DNA of 64,000 nucleotides, from sequence record MT586120.1. One strand, written 5' to 3'. Below the pieces are notes generated by a model, which saw only the letters and a program-made list of their open reading frames with translations, was not told where the DNA came from and made no database searches. Position numbers and translations under genes: made by a program. Below are positions 1-10,144 of this stretch, in pieces. Each line of letters starts with the position of its first letter. Position 1 is the stretch's first letter.

Positions 1-942
1 ATGTCATTCAAAGATCTAAAGAAGCAATCATCTCTCGGCGCTCTTACCCAGAAGCTCGTCAAGGAAGTAGAGAAGATGAATACAGCTGGCTCAAGCGGTG
101 ATGACCGCTACTGGAAGCTAGAATGTGATAAAGCCCAAAACGGTTATGCTGTGATCCGTTTCCTTCCACAGCCCGAAGGTGAAGATATGCCTTTCGTCAA
201 GATGTATTCCCACGCATTTCAAGGTAAAGGTGGCTGGTATATTGAGAACAGCTTGACTACACTAGGTCAGAAAGACCCCTTGTCTGAGTTCAACTCTGAG
301 CTTTGGAACAATGGTACTGATGCTGGTAAAGAGCAAGCACGTAAGCAAAAGCGTAAGCTCACATATATTGCTAACATTATGGTCGTCAAAGACCCAGCAA
401 ACCCCCAGAACGAAGGTGGAGTATTCCTCTACAAGTTCGGTAAGAAAATCTTCGACAAGCTTATGTCTGCTATGCAGCCTGAGTTTGAAGATGAAGAAGC
501 AATCAACCCATTCGACTTCTGGGAAGGCGCTAACTTCAAGCTCAAGGCAAAGAATGTAGCTGGCTACCGCAACTATGACTCTTCTGAGTTTGCGAAGGTA
601 GAAGCTCTTCTAGGTGGTGATGACGAAGCACTTGAAGGACTATACAATAAGTTGAACTCACTATCCGAGCTTGTTGCTCCAGATCAGTTCAAAGAGTATG
701 AAGTTCTTAAGAAGCGTCTCAATCAAGTCCTAGGCTTAGGTGCTCCTAGCAGCCGTCCAGCTGCCCAAGAGGATTCTGGTGATGAGGACATTGAAGAGCA
801 GCTACGGTCCGCTAGACCTGCCTTTAAGAAGGAAGTAGCAGCCTATAGTGAGCCTGAACTACCAACAACATCAACACCAGAGCCTGCCTCTAGTGAAGAT
901 GACGATGCTCTTAGTTGGTTCCAGTCACTTTCCGAAGATTGA
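1..942 (+). CDS. gp32: T4-like single-stranded DNA-binding protein
   Basis: GNGYAVIRFLP-like, YIENSLTTLGQKDP, NPFDFWEGANFKLK motifs; acidic C-terminal tail. Confidence 0.95.
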   Translation: MSFKDLKKQSSLGALTQKLVKEVEKMNTAGSSGDDRYWKLECDKAQNGYAVIRFLPQPEGEDMPFVKMYSHAFQGKGGWYIENSLTTLGQKDPLSEFNSELWNNGTDAGKEQARKQKRKLTYIANIMVVKDPANPQNEGGVFLYKFGKKIFDKLMSAMQPEFEDEEAINPFDFWEGANFKLKAKNVAGYRNYDSSEFAKVEALLGGDDEALEGLYNKLNSLSELVAPDQFKEYEVLKKRLNQVLGLGAPSSRPAAQEDSGDEDIEEQLRSARPAFKKEVAAYSEPELPTTSTPEPASSEDDDALSWFQSLSED

Positions 943-1311
943 TTAACTCTGATACAACTGCATCAGTGGTAAAGTCAAAGCAGCCTGAACTTCATTAGGC
1001 TTTAACATATACAGAGGCGTAGTATTGTTCCCAGTACTATAGTTCCTCTGTTTTTTTATGTGTAAATTTATTCCAGTCCAGCCCCACTCATAGACCCCCA
1101 ACACCTGCACAATAGGATACATATCCGTCAAGAAGTCTGGTTTCTCTGCAATGTAAGTATAGACATAAACCTTACCAGGAATAGGCATAGGAGCGATACT
1201 ATCAGAAAGAACCGCTTCTAGTTCTTTCATAATATCTTCAGAGTTTTCAGTACCAATAAGTTTGTCTAACAGAGGTCTAACTCTGTTGTTGCTCTTTTTC
1301 TTTTTAGCCAT
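943..1311 (-). CDS. short gp2-like DNA end protector protein
   Basis: PGKVYVYTY..D.YP..GWTGINLH resembles the T4 gp2 core; adjacent to gp4. Confidence 0.55.
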   Translation of the reverse strand: MAKKKKSNNRVRPLLDKLIGTENSEDIMKELEAVLSDSIAPMPIPGKVYVYTYIAEKPDFLTDMYPIVQVLGVYEWGWTGINLHIKKQRNYSTGNNTTPLYMLKPNEVQAALTLPLMQLYQS

Positions 1312-1742
1312 TAGACCCCTAGCTCCTTTTCAGTCATAATTTTGAACTCCCACCCCTGATCCAGGCAGAACTCCCTAGCAGCTGCCCATTTAGCCTGATT
1401 CTGAGAGAACATAGCCTCTGCTAGGAGAGTATTTTTAGTTCTCCTCTTGTATTTGGGTGGTTGAGTCTCCTTATATGGCTTAACTTCAATTAATATCTTT
1501 TCCCTCTTATCATCCTTATTAATTGCTTCCATATAAAAGTCTGGGTAATACTTAGCCATCCTTTTTTTGACAGGATTGTAATATGGGATTACAATTTCTT
1601 CTGATGCCCACTTAATTATTTTACTGTTAGTATCACAATAACGCATAAGTTTGCGCTCCCATAACGACCTATAAACAATCATATTGGGATTACCAATATA
1701 TTTCTTGGGATTCTCTGGTTTATAGATTCCTTTATAGGACAT
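1311..1742 (-). CDS. gp4: head completion nuclease
   Basis: YKGIYKPENPKKY, YRSLWE, WASEEIVIPY, YYPDF, IEVKP, NQAKW..A motifs. Confidence 0.93.
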   Translation of the reverse strand: MSYKGIYKPENPKKYIGNPNMIVYRSLWERKLMRYCDTNSKIIKWASEEIVIPYYNPVKKRMAKYYPDFYMEAINKDDKREKILIEVKPYKETQPPKYKRRTKNTLLAEAMFSQNQAKWAAAREFCLDQGWEFKIMTEKELGV

Positions 1743-1772
1743 AAATAGAGTAGGTAGTTCAATAGTATTTAG
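1741..1772. promoter_or_regulatory. divergent T4-type late promoters
   Basis: ATAAATA on + (1741-1747) and CTAAATA on - (1766-1772) between divergent late genes. Confidence 0.6.
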
Positions 1773-1773
1773 T

Positions 1774-2520
1774 GTGCCTAGAGTATTAACGCTAGAAGAT
1801 GTAAAACCACTACTTGGTAATTTGTCAAGGTCAAATTACTATCAGGTGCAGTTTGGTGGATTATCACCTGCATTGCTTGGAGCACTATCTGCAAGGGGCG
1901 TGGATCCATTTTTTGTATCTAATGATTCTGGGTTGCTTTGCTATCAAGCACAGCTTCCAGGATCTTCATTAGCTAGAACAGAATCTACAAACTTTACTGG
2001 TATTACAGAAAACTTTGCCCATAGGAAAGTATTTACTCCATTGAGCTTAGACTTTTACTGTGATGATAGATATAGATCTCTAAAGTTCTTAGAGCACTGG
2101 ATGGAATATGCCGTCAGTGGTAATGGGCTTAGTGGATATGCTGACAGTAACTACACATATAGGATGCAATATCCTAACGATCCTCTAACTGGGTATAAGT
2201 GTAGTGGTTCTAAAATATATAAGTTTGAAGCCAATGTGAGTAGGATTATTGAATACTCTTTTATTGGATTATTTCCGATTAACTTATCATCAACTCAAGT
2301 TAGATATGGTGCAGATGGTGAACTCACCAGAGTCAGTTGTCAGTTTGGATATACGAGATATATTGCTGGATCTGTATTGTCTATAGATGAGGCTAGAGGT
2401 TTCTCGAATAATTTACAGTCTGGTCTAACTAATATTACGGGCAACATTAATACCGTAATAGATACTGTAGATAGACTTAGAGGAACAGCTGCAAACGTAC
2501 TAGATCTATTCACCAACTAA
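1774..2520 (+). CDS. tail-tube-like baseplate protein (gp54/gp19 family)
   Basis: GTG start; LLCYQAQLPG, KFLEHWMEY, GLFPINLSS, V..QFGYTRY motifs; next to gp48. Confidence 0.75.
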   Translation: MPRVLTLEDVKPLLGNLSRSNYYQVQFGGLSPALLGALSARGVDPFFVSNDSGLLCYQAQLPGSSLARTESTNFTGITENFAHRKVFTPLSLDFYCDDRYRSLKFLEHWMEYAVSGNGLSGYADSNYTYRMQYPNDPLTGYKCSGSKIYKFEANVSRIIEYSFIGLFPINLSSTQVRYGADGELTRVSCQFGYTRYIAGSVLSIDEARGFSNNLQSGLTNITGNINTVIDTVDRLRGTAANVLDLFTN

Positions 2521-2528
2521 ATAGTATT

Positions 2529-3467
2529 ATGGCTAAATCATCCCCCAAACCAAGCTTACAATACCCCACCAATATTGCTAATGGCAATAATGACTACTTT
2601 CATTTGCAAATTTTTGAATATAAACCACTGGGTCTTGGTGGGGGTGGTGATAATATATTTGATGTTCCGTCAAGTCAAGCTCAAAGACCTAAAGTAGACA
2701 AAGAAACTAGTGGTGATAACCAGTCATACTTAGGTCAAATTATATTGCCTATGCCAGACAACATTGGTGATAATAACTCAGTTTCTTGGGACACTGATAC
2801 ATTAAACTCATTGACCATTGCCGGTGCAGGTACGCTCAGTGATGCTATATCAAAATTAAATTTGAATAATCCTGATCCAGGAGGGGCTTTAGATACAGTA
2901 AAAGATAGTGCATCCAAATTTTTAGATGCACTAAAAGATATTGACGTAAGAGGTAGTTTAAAAAATGCGTTAATAACTAGTGCCATAACTGGGGGAAATG
3001 TTGATCCAAACTCAATAGTTAGTAGAACAACTGGACAAGTATTAAACCCAAACTTGGAGCTTCTATTTAAGGGAGTTATTTTGAGGCAGTTTAACTATAG
3101 CTTTACACTAACACCAAGAACCAGTGAAGAGGGAACTCAGATTAAGGGTATCATAAATACTCTTAAGAAAAGAATGTCAGCAAAAAATACCACAGGTGCT
3201 GGTGCTGGTATATTCATTAAGGCACCTGATGTGTTCCAGCCAAGATTCATGCAAGGTCAAAAACCACATCCATTTTTATATAGTATAAGGCAGTGTGCTT
3301 TAGTGTCTATGAATGTTAATTATGATGGTGCGGGAATATATGCAACATATGGAGACGGCACACCAGTTAAAATGTCTTTACAGATGTCATTTAGAGAATT
3401 GAGTCCGTTATACTCTGAAGACTATAAAGATGGTTTACCCGGTCCAGATGAAGGAGTTGGATTCTAA
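2529..3467 (+). CDS. gp48: baseplate tail-tube cap
   Basis: LQYP, LPMP..I.D.N.V.W, NPNLELLFKG..LRQFNYSF.LTPR, L.MSFREL. Confidence 0.9.
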   Translation: MAKSSPKPSLQYPTNIANGNNDYFHLQIFEYKPLGLGGGGDNIFDVPSSQAQRPKVDKETSGDNQSYLGQIILPMPDNIGDNNSVSWDTDTLNSLTIAGAGTLSDAISKLNLNNPDPGGALDTVKDSASKFLDALKDIDVRGSLKNALITSAITGGNVDPNSIVSRTTGQVLNPNLELLFKGVILRQFNYSFTLTPRTSEEGTQIKGIINTLKKRMSAKNTTGAGAGIFIKAPDVFQPRFMQGQKPHPFLYSIRQCALVSMNVNYDGAGIYATYGDGTPVKMSLQMSFRELSPLYSEDYKDGLPGPDEGVGF

Positions 3468-4117
3468 TGACTTATTTCAGACAGCTACCGAATATTGAAT
3501 ATCAAAACTTCCTAAATGATCGCACAGGATCACAGGACTATATTTTAATGAAGAATATTTTCCTTAGGGGAAAATTGAGAGAAGACCTAGAAAGTAATTT
3601 TACAGTATTTCAGAAGTATAGTATTAAAGGTGATGAAAGACCTGATGAGATTGCCTATGATATATACGGATCATCTCAATATGACTGGGTTGTCCTAATT
3701 ACTGCTAGAATCATTACTTATCAAAATGACTACCCATTAACGAGTCAAGAACTCTATGATTATACCTTAAATAAGTATGGTGTTGAGGGTATGAATGCTA
3801 TCAATCACTATGAGAGTGTTGAGGTTAGAGATAGATTGGATAGGTTGGTATATCCAGCAGGTATCGTTGTAGCTAAAGATTTTACTATACCCAATCCAGA
3901 TACCCCAACATCATTTATCAGCCCTGTAGTTGGTGTTAGTAACTTTGAATATGAGACAAATAAGAATGATAGAAAGCGTAATATCACTATTCTAAGACCT
4001 CTATACTTAAATCAATTCTTGAATGATATGAGAGAAATCTCTAAGTATGGATTTAACTCAGAATATATTAATTCAACTACGATTAGAGCGGAGAATAGCA
4101 AGACTAAGAGCCCCTAA
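3467..4117 (+). CDS. gp53: baseplate wedge subunit (LysM-like)
   Basis: YFRQLPNIEY, Y.IKGDERPDEIAYDIYG..YDWVVL, E...N..KR.I.ILRP. Confidence 0.92.
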   Translation: MTYFRQLPNIEYQNFLNDRTGSQDYILMKNIFLRGKLREDLESNFTVFQKYSIKGDERPDEIAYDIYGSSQYDWVVLITARIITYQNDYPLTSQELYDYTLNKYGVEGMNAINHYESVEVRDRLDRLVYPAGIVVAKDFTIPNPDTPTSFISPVVGVSNFEYETNKNDRKRNITILRPLYLNQFLNDMREISKYGFNSEYINSTTIRAENSKTKSP

Positions 4118-4159
4118 TTAGCCGTCTAAATAACTATAGCATTCTACAAATTCTTTATT

Positions 4160-4870
4160 ATGGCGCTTCCTAAGATTGCCAAAGTGACTCACGAGACTAT
4201 TATTCCCTCAACTGGGAAGAAGATTAAGTTTCGTCCGTTTCTTGTGAAAGAGGAAAAGGTACTTATTTTAGCTCGCGAGTCTAACGACCAAAACGAGATG
4301 GTTAAGGGTATCATTGATGTAATCAATGCTTGCGTTATGACGAAAGGATTTTCTACTGAAAATCTATCCACTTTTGATATTGAATATATTTTCCTTAGTA
4401 TTAGGGGTAAGTCTATTGGGGAAGATGTTGAAGTTGTTGTTACTTGCCCTGATGATGGAGTGACTAGAGTCAATCATACTATTTTCTTGGATGAGGTAAA
4501 AGTCATCTTTGATGATGAACACTCAATGCAAGTTAAGATTGATGATACATATTCTGTTCTGATGAAGTATCCTAGTATTGAAGCTGTTATGGCTGCTGAT
4601 TCTGAGAATGTAAGTGTTACTGATAGTCTAGAACTTATTGCATCTTGCATAGATCAGATTTATTCTGAGGAGGACTCCTGGTCTTCTAGTGATAGTACTA
4701 CAGCAGAATTGGTCGAATGGGTTGAAGAACTTGAACCAAAGCAATTTGAGGGAATTGAGAAGTTCTTTACTACAATGCCTAAACTAAGTCATACCATTCA
4801 GGTTACTAACCCAGAAACTAAGGTGACTAGTGATGTTGTACTTGAGGGGCTAGGATCTTTTTTCGCGTAA
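4160..4870 (+). CDS. gp26: baseplate hub assembly protein
   Basis: MALPK, FRPFLVKEEKVL, FDIEYIFL.IRGKSIGE, CPDD, LEGLGSFF. Confidence 0.92.
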   Translation: MALPKIAKVTHETIIPSTGKKIKFRPFLVKEEKVLILARESNDQNEMVKGIIDVINACVMTKGFSTENLSTFDIEYIFLSIRGKSIGEDVEVVVTCPDDGVTRVNHTIFLDEVKVIFDDEHSMQVKIDDTYSVLMKYPSIEAVMAADSENVSVTDSLELIASCIDQIYSEEDSWSSSDSTTAELVEWVEELEPKQFEGIEKFFTTMPKLSHTIQVTNPETKVTSDVVLEGLGSFFA

Positions 4871-4872
4871 GT

Positions 4873-5052
4873 ATGGCTCACGAAGACCTTGAGTCATACT
4901 ATAAAACAAACTTTGCTCTAATACAACATCATAAATACAGTTTAAGTGATATTGAAAATCTTATCCCTTGGGAAAGAGATATATACATTACACTACTTAA
5001 AAACTGGATTGAAGAAGAAGAGCAACGCATAGCACAACAACAGCAGCGCTAA
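4873..5052 (+). CDS. gp51: baseplate hub assembly catalyst (not in ORF track, 59 aa)
   Basis: Manual translation MAHEDLESYYKTNFALIQHHKYSLSDIENLIPWERDIYITLLKNWIEEEEQRIAQQQQR; follows gp26. Confidence 0.9.
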   Translation: MAHEDLESYYKTNFALIQHHKYSLSDIENLIPWERDIYITLLKNWIEEEEQRIAQQQQR

Positions 5053-6896
5053 TGAACTTATTTGGAGCCGCCACTACGGGAGTTGATCCACAAACTGGAA
5101 AATACCTCTCCAAAGAACAAAGAGTCGCAATGTTCCGCGCATCTAGGGGACAGGGTGGCGGAACAGCTGGTGGCGGAAACAATTCTGCTGGGTCTCAAGT
5201 AACTCCAAAGACTGCTATTGTTGTAGCTAATAAGTTTTCTGAAATTACACAGACACTTAGTAATAACTATCAGACTGCTAGTGCTGGTGTTGCAGAGCAG
5301 GTTGCCGAAAATAGGGCACGTATTGAAAATCTTTATCGTATTGTATATGATAGAAGAAAAGAAGATTTAAAAAGAGAGAAGCAAGAAACTAGAAATACTT
5401 TAATTGGAGCTGAGAGGAGTAAGAGGGGACTTAAGGAGGGATTTGTAGAAGGCATCTCTTCCGCAGCAGCTGCAGCAGTAGCACCATTACAGAAAGCAGC
5501 AGCGGCAGTACAGAAGCCCATTATGTCCCTATGGGATAAAATAAGGAATGCTCTACTGTTATTGACTGCAGCTTGGGTTATTGATAATCTACCTGCAATC
5601 CTGAAGAAGTTTGATGAATTTTTTGGTAGTATAAAGAGCTTAAAGGATACATTGACAAAAGCTCTGGTTAATATCAGAGGTGTATTTGGTATATTTGATG
5701 GTATTATTAGGGGTATAGTACGTACAATTGGCGCAGTAATTAAAACTGCTTATAGAGTTGGTAAGGCTATTTTTCAGTCAGCATTTCGTTTAGGTAGAGC
5801 AGTATTTAATGCTATTAAAAAGGTAGTTGAGACCGTAGTTAGGACTATTTTTAAGGGTATTCGTGCTTTAGTGGGTGGTATAGGTAATGCTTATCGTGCC
5901 GCTAGGGGATTATTACCAGGTGGAAATAAGCCAACAACCCCAAAACTACCAGATAAACAGCCTAAAAATGTCTTCCAAAGGTTGTGGGGTAAGGTTACTA
6001 AAGCTGCTACAGGACTAAAAGAATTTGCTGGAAATCAATACGGCAAACTGAAAGAGGGTGCTGATAAATTTATGACGGGATTTAGTAATCTACGCTCCAA
6101 GGCAATGGAGAAACTGAATCCTTTAAAATCATATGCTACAAAGGAAGGTATTAAAGAGGGTAATACTGCTAGTAGGACAAAGGGTATACAGGACCTGTTG
6201 GGGAAGGTATTCGAGAAAGCGGGTATTGCAGGTAAGGGTATACTGAAAAATGCAGGTAAGATTGCAAAGAACTTATTAAGATTACCTGGTATTGGTCTTG
6301 CTGTTGACGTAATGCTCAATAAAGCAGGTGGGCAAGGGATGGGTGAGTCACTTATTAGAGGCTTGGCTTCTAGTATTGCTGGGATGGTTGGTATGAAAGC
6401 CGGTGCTGCTGTTGGTGCTGGTCTTGGTACAGTAATTCTTCCTGGTATTGGTACTGCTGCTGGTGGTATTTTAGGAGGTATTATAGGATCTATTCTTGCT
6501 GGCTCTGGTGGTGATGCTCTCGCTAAAGCAGGTATGGAGAGTGTTGGGATGGAAACCACATCTGATGCCGAGATGGTGGAGAATTATAAGCCAGTTGTAG
6601 AGTCTGTAATTGGTAGTGATAAGTCCAGTACCGCAGGACAGCCTAGTCCTGCTGCAGCCATCACTCCAAGCACTCCAAGCACACCAGATGGTATGCAAGT
6701 TCCCGAAGGCTCTAATACTACAAATAATGTTACTGTTGAGCAAATGCCCCCTATTATGGAAAATATAGAGAGAGAAAAGAAGGAAGTTATACCTGAACAA
6801 CCAGTTCCTACAATCTCTACTAGAGACCCTCAGACAGATCTTTATAGAGCTATGGCTAGTAAGAGCTATCAGCTTAATTTGGCGGGTACATTCTAA
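5052..6896 (+). CDS. baseplate hub/tape-measure-like protein
   Basis: Helical Ala/Gly/Lys-rich repeats, glycine-zipper segment, position after gp51. Confidence 0.55.
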   Translation: MNLFGAATTGVDPQTGKYLSKEQRVAMFRASRGQGGGTAGGGNNSAGSQVTPKTAIVVANKFSEITQTLSNNYQTASAGVAEQVAENRARIENLYRIVYDRRKEDLKREKQETRNTLIGAERSKRGLKEGFVEGISSAAAAAVAPLQKAAAAVQKPIMSLWDKIRNALLLLTAAWVIDNLPAILKKFDEFFGSIKSLKDTLTKALVNIRGVFGIFDGIIRGIVRTIGAVIKTAYRVGKAIFQSAFRLGRAVFNAIKKVVETVVRTIFKGIRALVGGIGNAYRAARGLLPGGNKPTTPKLPDKQPKNVFQRLWGKVTKAATGLKEFAGNQYGKLKEGADKFMTGFSNLRSKAMEKLNPLKSYATKEGIKEGNTASRTKGIQDLLGKVFEKAGIAGKGILKNAGKIAKNLLRLPGIGLAVDVMLNKAGGQGMGESLIRGLASSIAGMVGMKAGAAVGAGLGTVILPGIGTAAGGILGGIIGSILAGSGGDALAKAGMESVGMETTSDAEMVENYKPVVESVIGSDKSSTAGQPSPAAAITPSTPSTPDGMQVPEGSNTTNNVTVEQMPPIMENIEREKKEVIPEQPVPTISTRDPQTDLYRAMASKSYQLNLAGTF

Positions 6897-8794
6897 TGGC
6901 TATACCACTTATTGCTGCTAAATCACTTAATATTGCTAAAACTCTTATTGCATCTAGTAAGAATGTAGCTAAAGGTGTATATTCTACAGCAGCTTCTACG
7001 GTAAACAGAACCGGCGAGAAGATTAAATCAACCAATGCAAAAATTACTGCAGAGAAAAAGAAGCAGGCAGATATTAATAGAAAAAAATCTGAGAATGAAT
7101 CTCGCGCAGCAAAAGAGAATAATGCAGAAAATACCAATAAGAAAAAGGGTGCCGTTCTTAGCTTAGTTGGTGTTGTTAAAAAATCTATAATGGGGTTTTG
7201 GAAAATAATTGGTGCTTGGCTTCTAGACAACTTGCCTAAAATTATTGAGGAAGTGCGAAAGTTTGTGAAAAAGATTAGGATTGTTGGTGCTGCTATTAAG
7301 AGAGCTGTTACTCTCGTGGGTAGTGTATTTTCTTCTATTGGTAAGATTGCTAAAGCTGTCGTAAAAAATATCCTAAACTTTGATTTTACTGATAAGTCGG
7401 GCGATATTAGAGAAGCTAGAGAAGAACTTGACGCCAGTGTCGATGGTATTGGATCATCTATAAGCGAGATTGGTACTGTTTGGGGTAGGGAAGAGGATGA
7501 GTTGGATTATATTTTGACCCAATTAACAAGTAATCAAAATCTTGAAAATATTCGTAAGAACATTCTTAGTGAGTTCCCCGAAGTCGAGAAAGGGACTAGT
7601 GCCGTTGGTGATGGTTCTTCTCCTTCTTCTGGTGGTGGATCCTCTAGGGGTGATGCACTATTCGATTTAATTGGTAGTGGTGAGGGTGATTACAACTCAG
7701 TCAATAGGGGTAATGCTGGAGATACTCCAGGTGGTGCCGAGGCTATTTTTGGGAAACCACTTACAGAGATGACTGTAGGTCAAGTTGCTAGTGCTCAACA
7801 GAGTGGTCAAGTATTTGCTGTAGGAAAATATCAGATTATCCCAGACACTATGGTGGAATTTTTAAGGAATAGTCCTGACATAAAACCCACTGATAAATTT
7901 GATTCAAGAACACAGGAGAAGTTTAAGGAGTATGTTATTAATGTAAAGAGACCTGCTATTGGTAAGTATCTTCGTGGTGAAAGTGATGATAGAGATGCTG
8001 CAGCACAGGCAGTTGCTAGGGAGTTTGCTTCCGTTGGTCTAACTAAGGCTGAAGCTGGTAGAGGTCGTGGTCAATCTCGCTATGCAGGTACTGGTAATAA
8101 TGCAGCTTCTATCAGTCCAGACCAGGTTGCTTCTGCATTGGATGCTGATAGATCTGCAACTCTATCTCCACCTCAACCACAGGCTCCCCAACCAGCTAAT
8201 GGGCAGACTCCTGCTCCAGGTAAACAAAATGCTGCATTAGCATCTAGTGCGGGTAGACTCAATAAGAGTAGACTTGATACTAGTAGATTTGGTCGTAATG
8301 GGTGCGTATTTGCAGTAAATCAGGCATATAAAGCAGCTGGTATGACACCTCCTTGGGGAACTACTAACTATGTCCCCGATGCTAGAGCTATGATGATTAA
8401 AAAGGGATATGTTCAAGTTGGCGTTAAGAATGCTCAACCTGGTGATATTGTTATTATGGCTGATAGAGGATCTCCTCCGTGGGTCCATATTGGCATTGTT
8501 TCAAATTCGGGCACAGTACTACACAATTCATCAACAAATCAGGCATTTACTAACAATGAATCATTTTCAAGTCTTATGAGAAGGTATGTTAAAATTGAAG
8601 TTTATAGAGCACCTTCAGTAATATCTAGAGAATCATCTAATGTAAGCAATGCTGTTAATGGTTCTAAGAATGGAAAAAATAACGTGAAGGCATTGAATGA
8701 TAGTATGACTATTGCTTCAAGAAGAACTGGCGGAACTCAAGTAGTTAATAACACAGTCGTCTTGAAGCAGGATCGTGTTGTTATGGTGAGCTAA
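6896..8794 (+). CDS. tail-associated protein with lysozyme-like and NlpC/P60(CHAP)-like domains
   Basis: LFDLIGSGEGDYN...AVGKYQIIPDT (lysozyme-like); GCVFAV...QPGDIVI...HIGIV (Cys/His peptidase). Confidence 0.8.
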   Translation: MAIPLIAAKSLNIAKTLIASSKNVAKGVYSTAASTVNRTGEKIKSTNAKITAEKKKQADINRKKSENESRAAKENNAENTNKKKGAVLSLVGVVKKSIMGFWKIIGAWLLDNLPKIIEEVRKFVKKIRIVGAAIKRAVTLVGSVFSSIGKIAKAVVKNILNFDFTDKSGDIREAREELDASVDGIGSSISEIGTVWGREEDELDYILTQLTSNQNLENIRKNILSEFPEVEKGTSAVGDGSSPSSGGGSSRGDALFDLIGSGEGDYNSVNRGNAGDTPGGAEAIFGKPLTEMTVGQVASAQQSGQVFAVGKYQIIPDTMVEFLRNSPDIKPTDKFDSRTQEKFKEYVINVKRPAIGKYLRGESDDRDAAAQAVAREFASVGLTKAEAGRGRGQSRYAGTGNNAASISPDQVASALDADRSATLSPPQPQAPQPANGQTPAPGKQNAALASSAGRLNKSRLDTSRFGRNGCVFAVNQAYKAAGMTPPWGTTNYVPDARAMMIKKGYVQVGVKNAQPGDIVIMADRGSPPWVHIGIVSNSGTVLHNSSTNQAFTNNESFSSLMRRYVKIEVYRAPSVISRESSNVSNAVNGSKNGKNNVKALNDSMTIASRRTGGTQVVNNTVVLKQDRVVMVS

Positions 8795-8822
8795 TAAATA
8801 GTAGTGGTGAAACTGTATTGTA

Positions 8823-10142
8823 ATGTCAACTAAGCCATCACTGTATAAAATACTTACTATTAAGAAGGGTGATAGAGATGCTGACTTTAGATTAGCTGCT
8901 GTATCAATCGATTTTTATGAGGACATTATGTGTCCGACAGTTTCGTGTACCATACAAATTGCAAACTCCGGTGGGGTTATCAAGAGTGAAGAGACGGGGG
9001 AGAAAGTTTCTCTTTACGAAGGTATGAAAATTCGTAGTGGAGAAGAGGTTCAAATTTTAATTGCTGCCAACTCACCTACAAATGAAGATCTTGATTATTC
9101 CACTACCAAACCTCTATATGTAAATCGTATAAGTGGTTTAATTAGAGATGATAACTCTGAGTTTTTTAAGATGCATCTCATATCTAGAGAAGCATACGAT
9201 AATGAGGTAACTTTTTTAGAAAAACAATATCCAGAAGGTGTACCTGCCAGCAACCACGTAACAGATATTTTGAATGATAGTTTTATTTTTCCTAGTGAGA
9301 ATGATATAGAACAAACGACCAATGAATTTGGCTTTTGGGGTAATCAAATGAAACCATTTGATGCCTTGTTAAAAATTGCTAGCAAGTCTACTTCTGGTGT
9401 TGGTTTAAATGAGAGTGCTGGGTTTTTCTTCTACCAGACTAGGAGGGGCTTCTCATTTAAGTCTATTGATACCTTAGTGTCTCAGTCTGTTAATGTTCCT
9501 AAGTATGTTTACACACAATATAATGTAAATTCTGTGGATTTTAAGCCCGTTGGTGATTTAGAGTCTCTGGATTATAAAATAACTTCATTTGTTATTAATG
9601 AGACGGGAAATATGATTGCAGATTTAAGGAAGGGCACTTTTTCATCATCGAGGAGAATATTTGATCCATTAACATTTAATATTCAAGTTGATGATAATTT
9701 TACCGGTAATGATTACTCAAGAGTAAAGACATTAGGTGAAGCATTTTCTGAAGGGCAGGACACTTCTATTGGTGGTGTTGATTTATCCAAATTTCCATCA
9801 CAAATTATTATGGATACTAGGGATATTGGGACAGCTAATGCTGGTGTTAGTAGAAAAGATAACCAAGATCCAAAATTGTTTGTATCACAAAGAAAGATGC
9901 GATACAACACACTCTTTAGCCAATCCATCACTATTCAAGTACCACTAAACACCCGATTACACGCTGGTGATTTAGTTGAATGTGTTTTTCCTAGTATTGG
10001 AGACTCTGAAGTAACACAGCCAGATAGGACCCAAATAAGTGGTATATATATGATAAAGGAACTATGTCATCACTATGATACACAAGCTTCCTACACATCT
10101 ATGATGTTAATTAGAGACACCTTTGGTGAAAGACAAAAGTAA
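8823..10142 (+). CDS. baseplate hub protein (gp27-like)
   Basis: IDFYEDI, GFFFYQTRRGFSFKSID.L, I.VPLNTRLHAGDLVE, SG.YMIKELCH; precedes gp5. Confidence 0.75.
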   Translation: MSTKPSLYKILTIKKGDRDADFRLAAVSIDFYEDIMCPTVSCTIQIANSGGVIKSEETGEKVSLYEGMKIRSGEEVQILIAANSPTNEDLDYSTTKPLYVNRISGLIRDDNSEFFKMHLISREAYDNEVTFLEKQYPEGVPASNHVTDILNDSFIFPSENDIEQTTNEFGFWGNQMKPFDALLKIASKSTSGVGLNESAGFFFYQTRRGFSFKSIDTLVSQSVNVPKYVYTQYNVNSVDFKPVGDLESLDYKITSFVINETGNMIADLRKGTFSSSRRIFDPLTFNIQVDDNFTGNDYSRVKTLGEAFSEGQDTSIGGVDLSKFPSQIIMDTRDIGTANAGVSRKDNQDPKLFVSQRKMRYNTLFSQSITIQVPLNTRLHAGDLVECVFPSIGDSEVTQPDRTQISGIYMIKELCHHYDTQASYTSMMLIRDTFGERQK

Positions 10143-10144
10143 TT

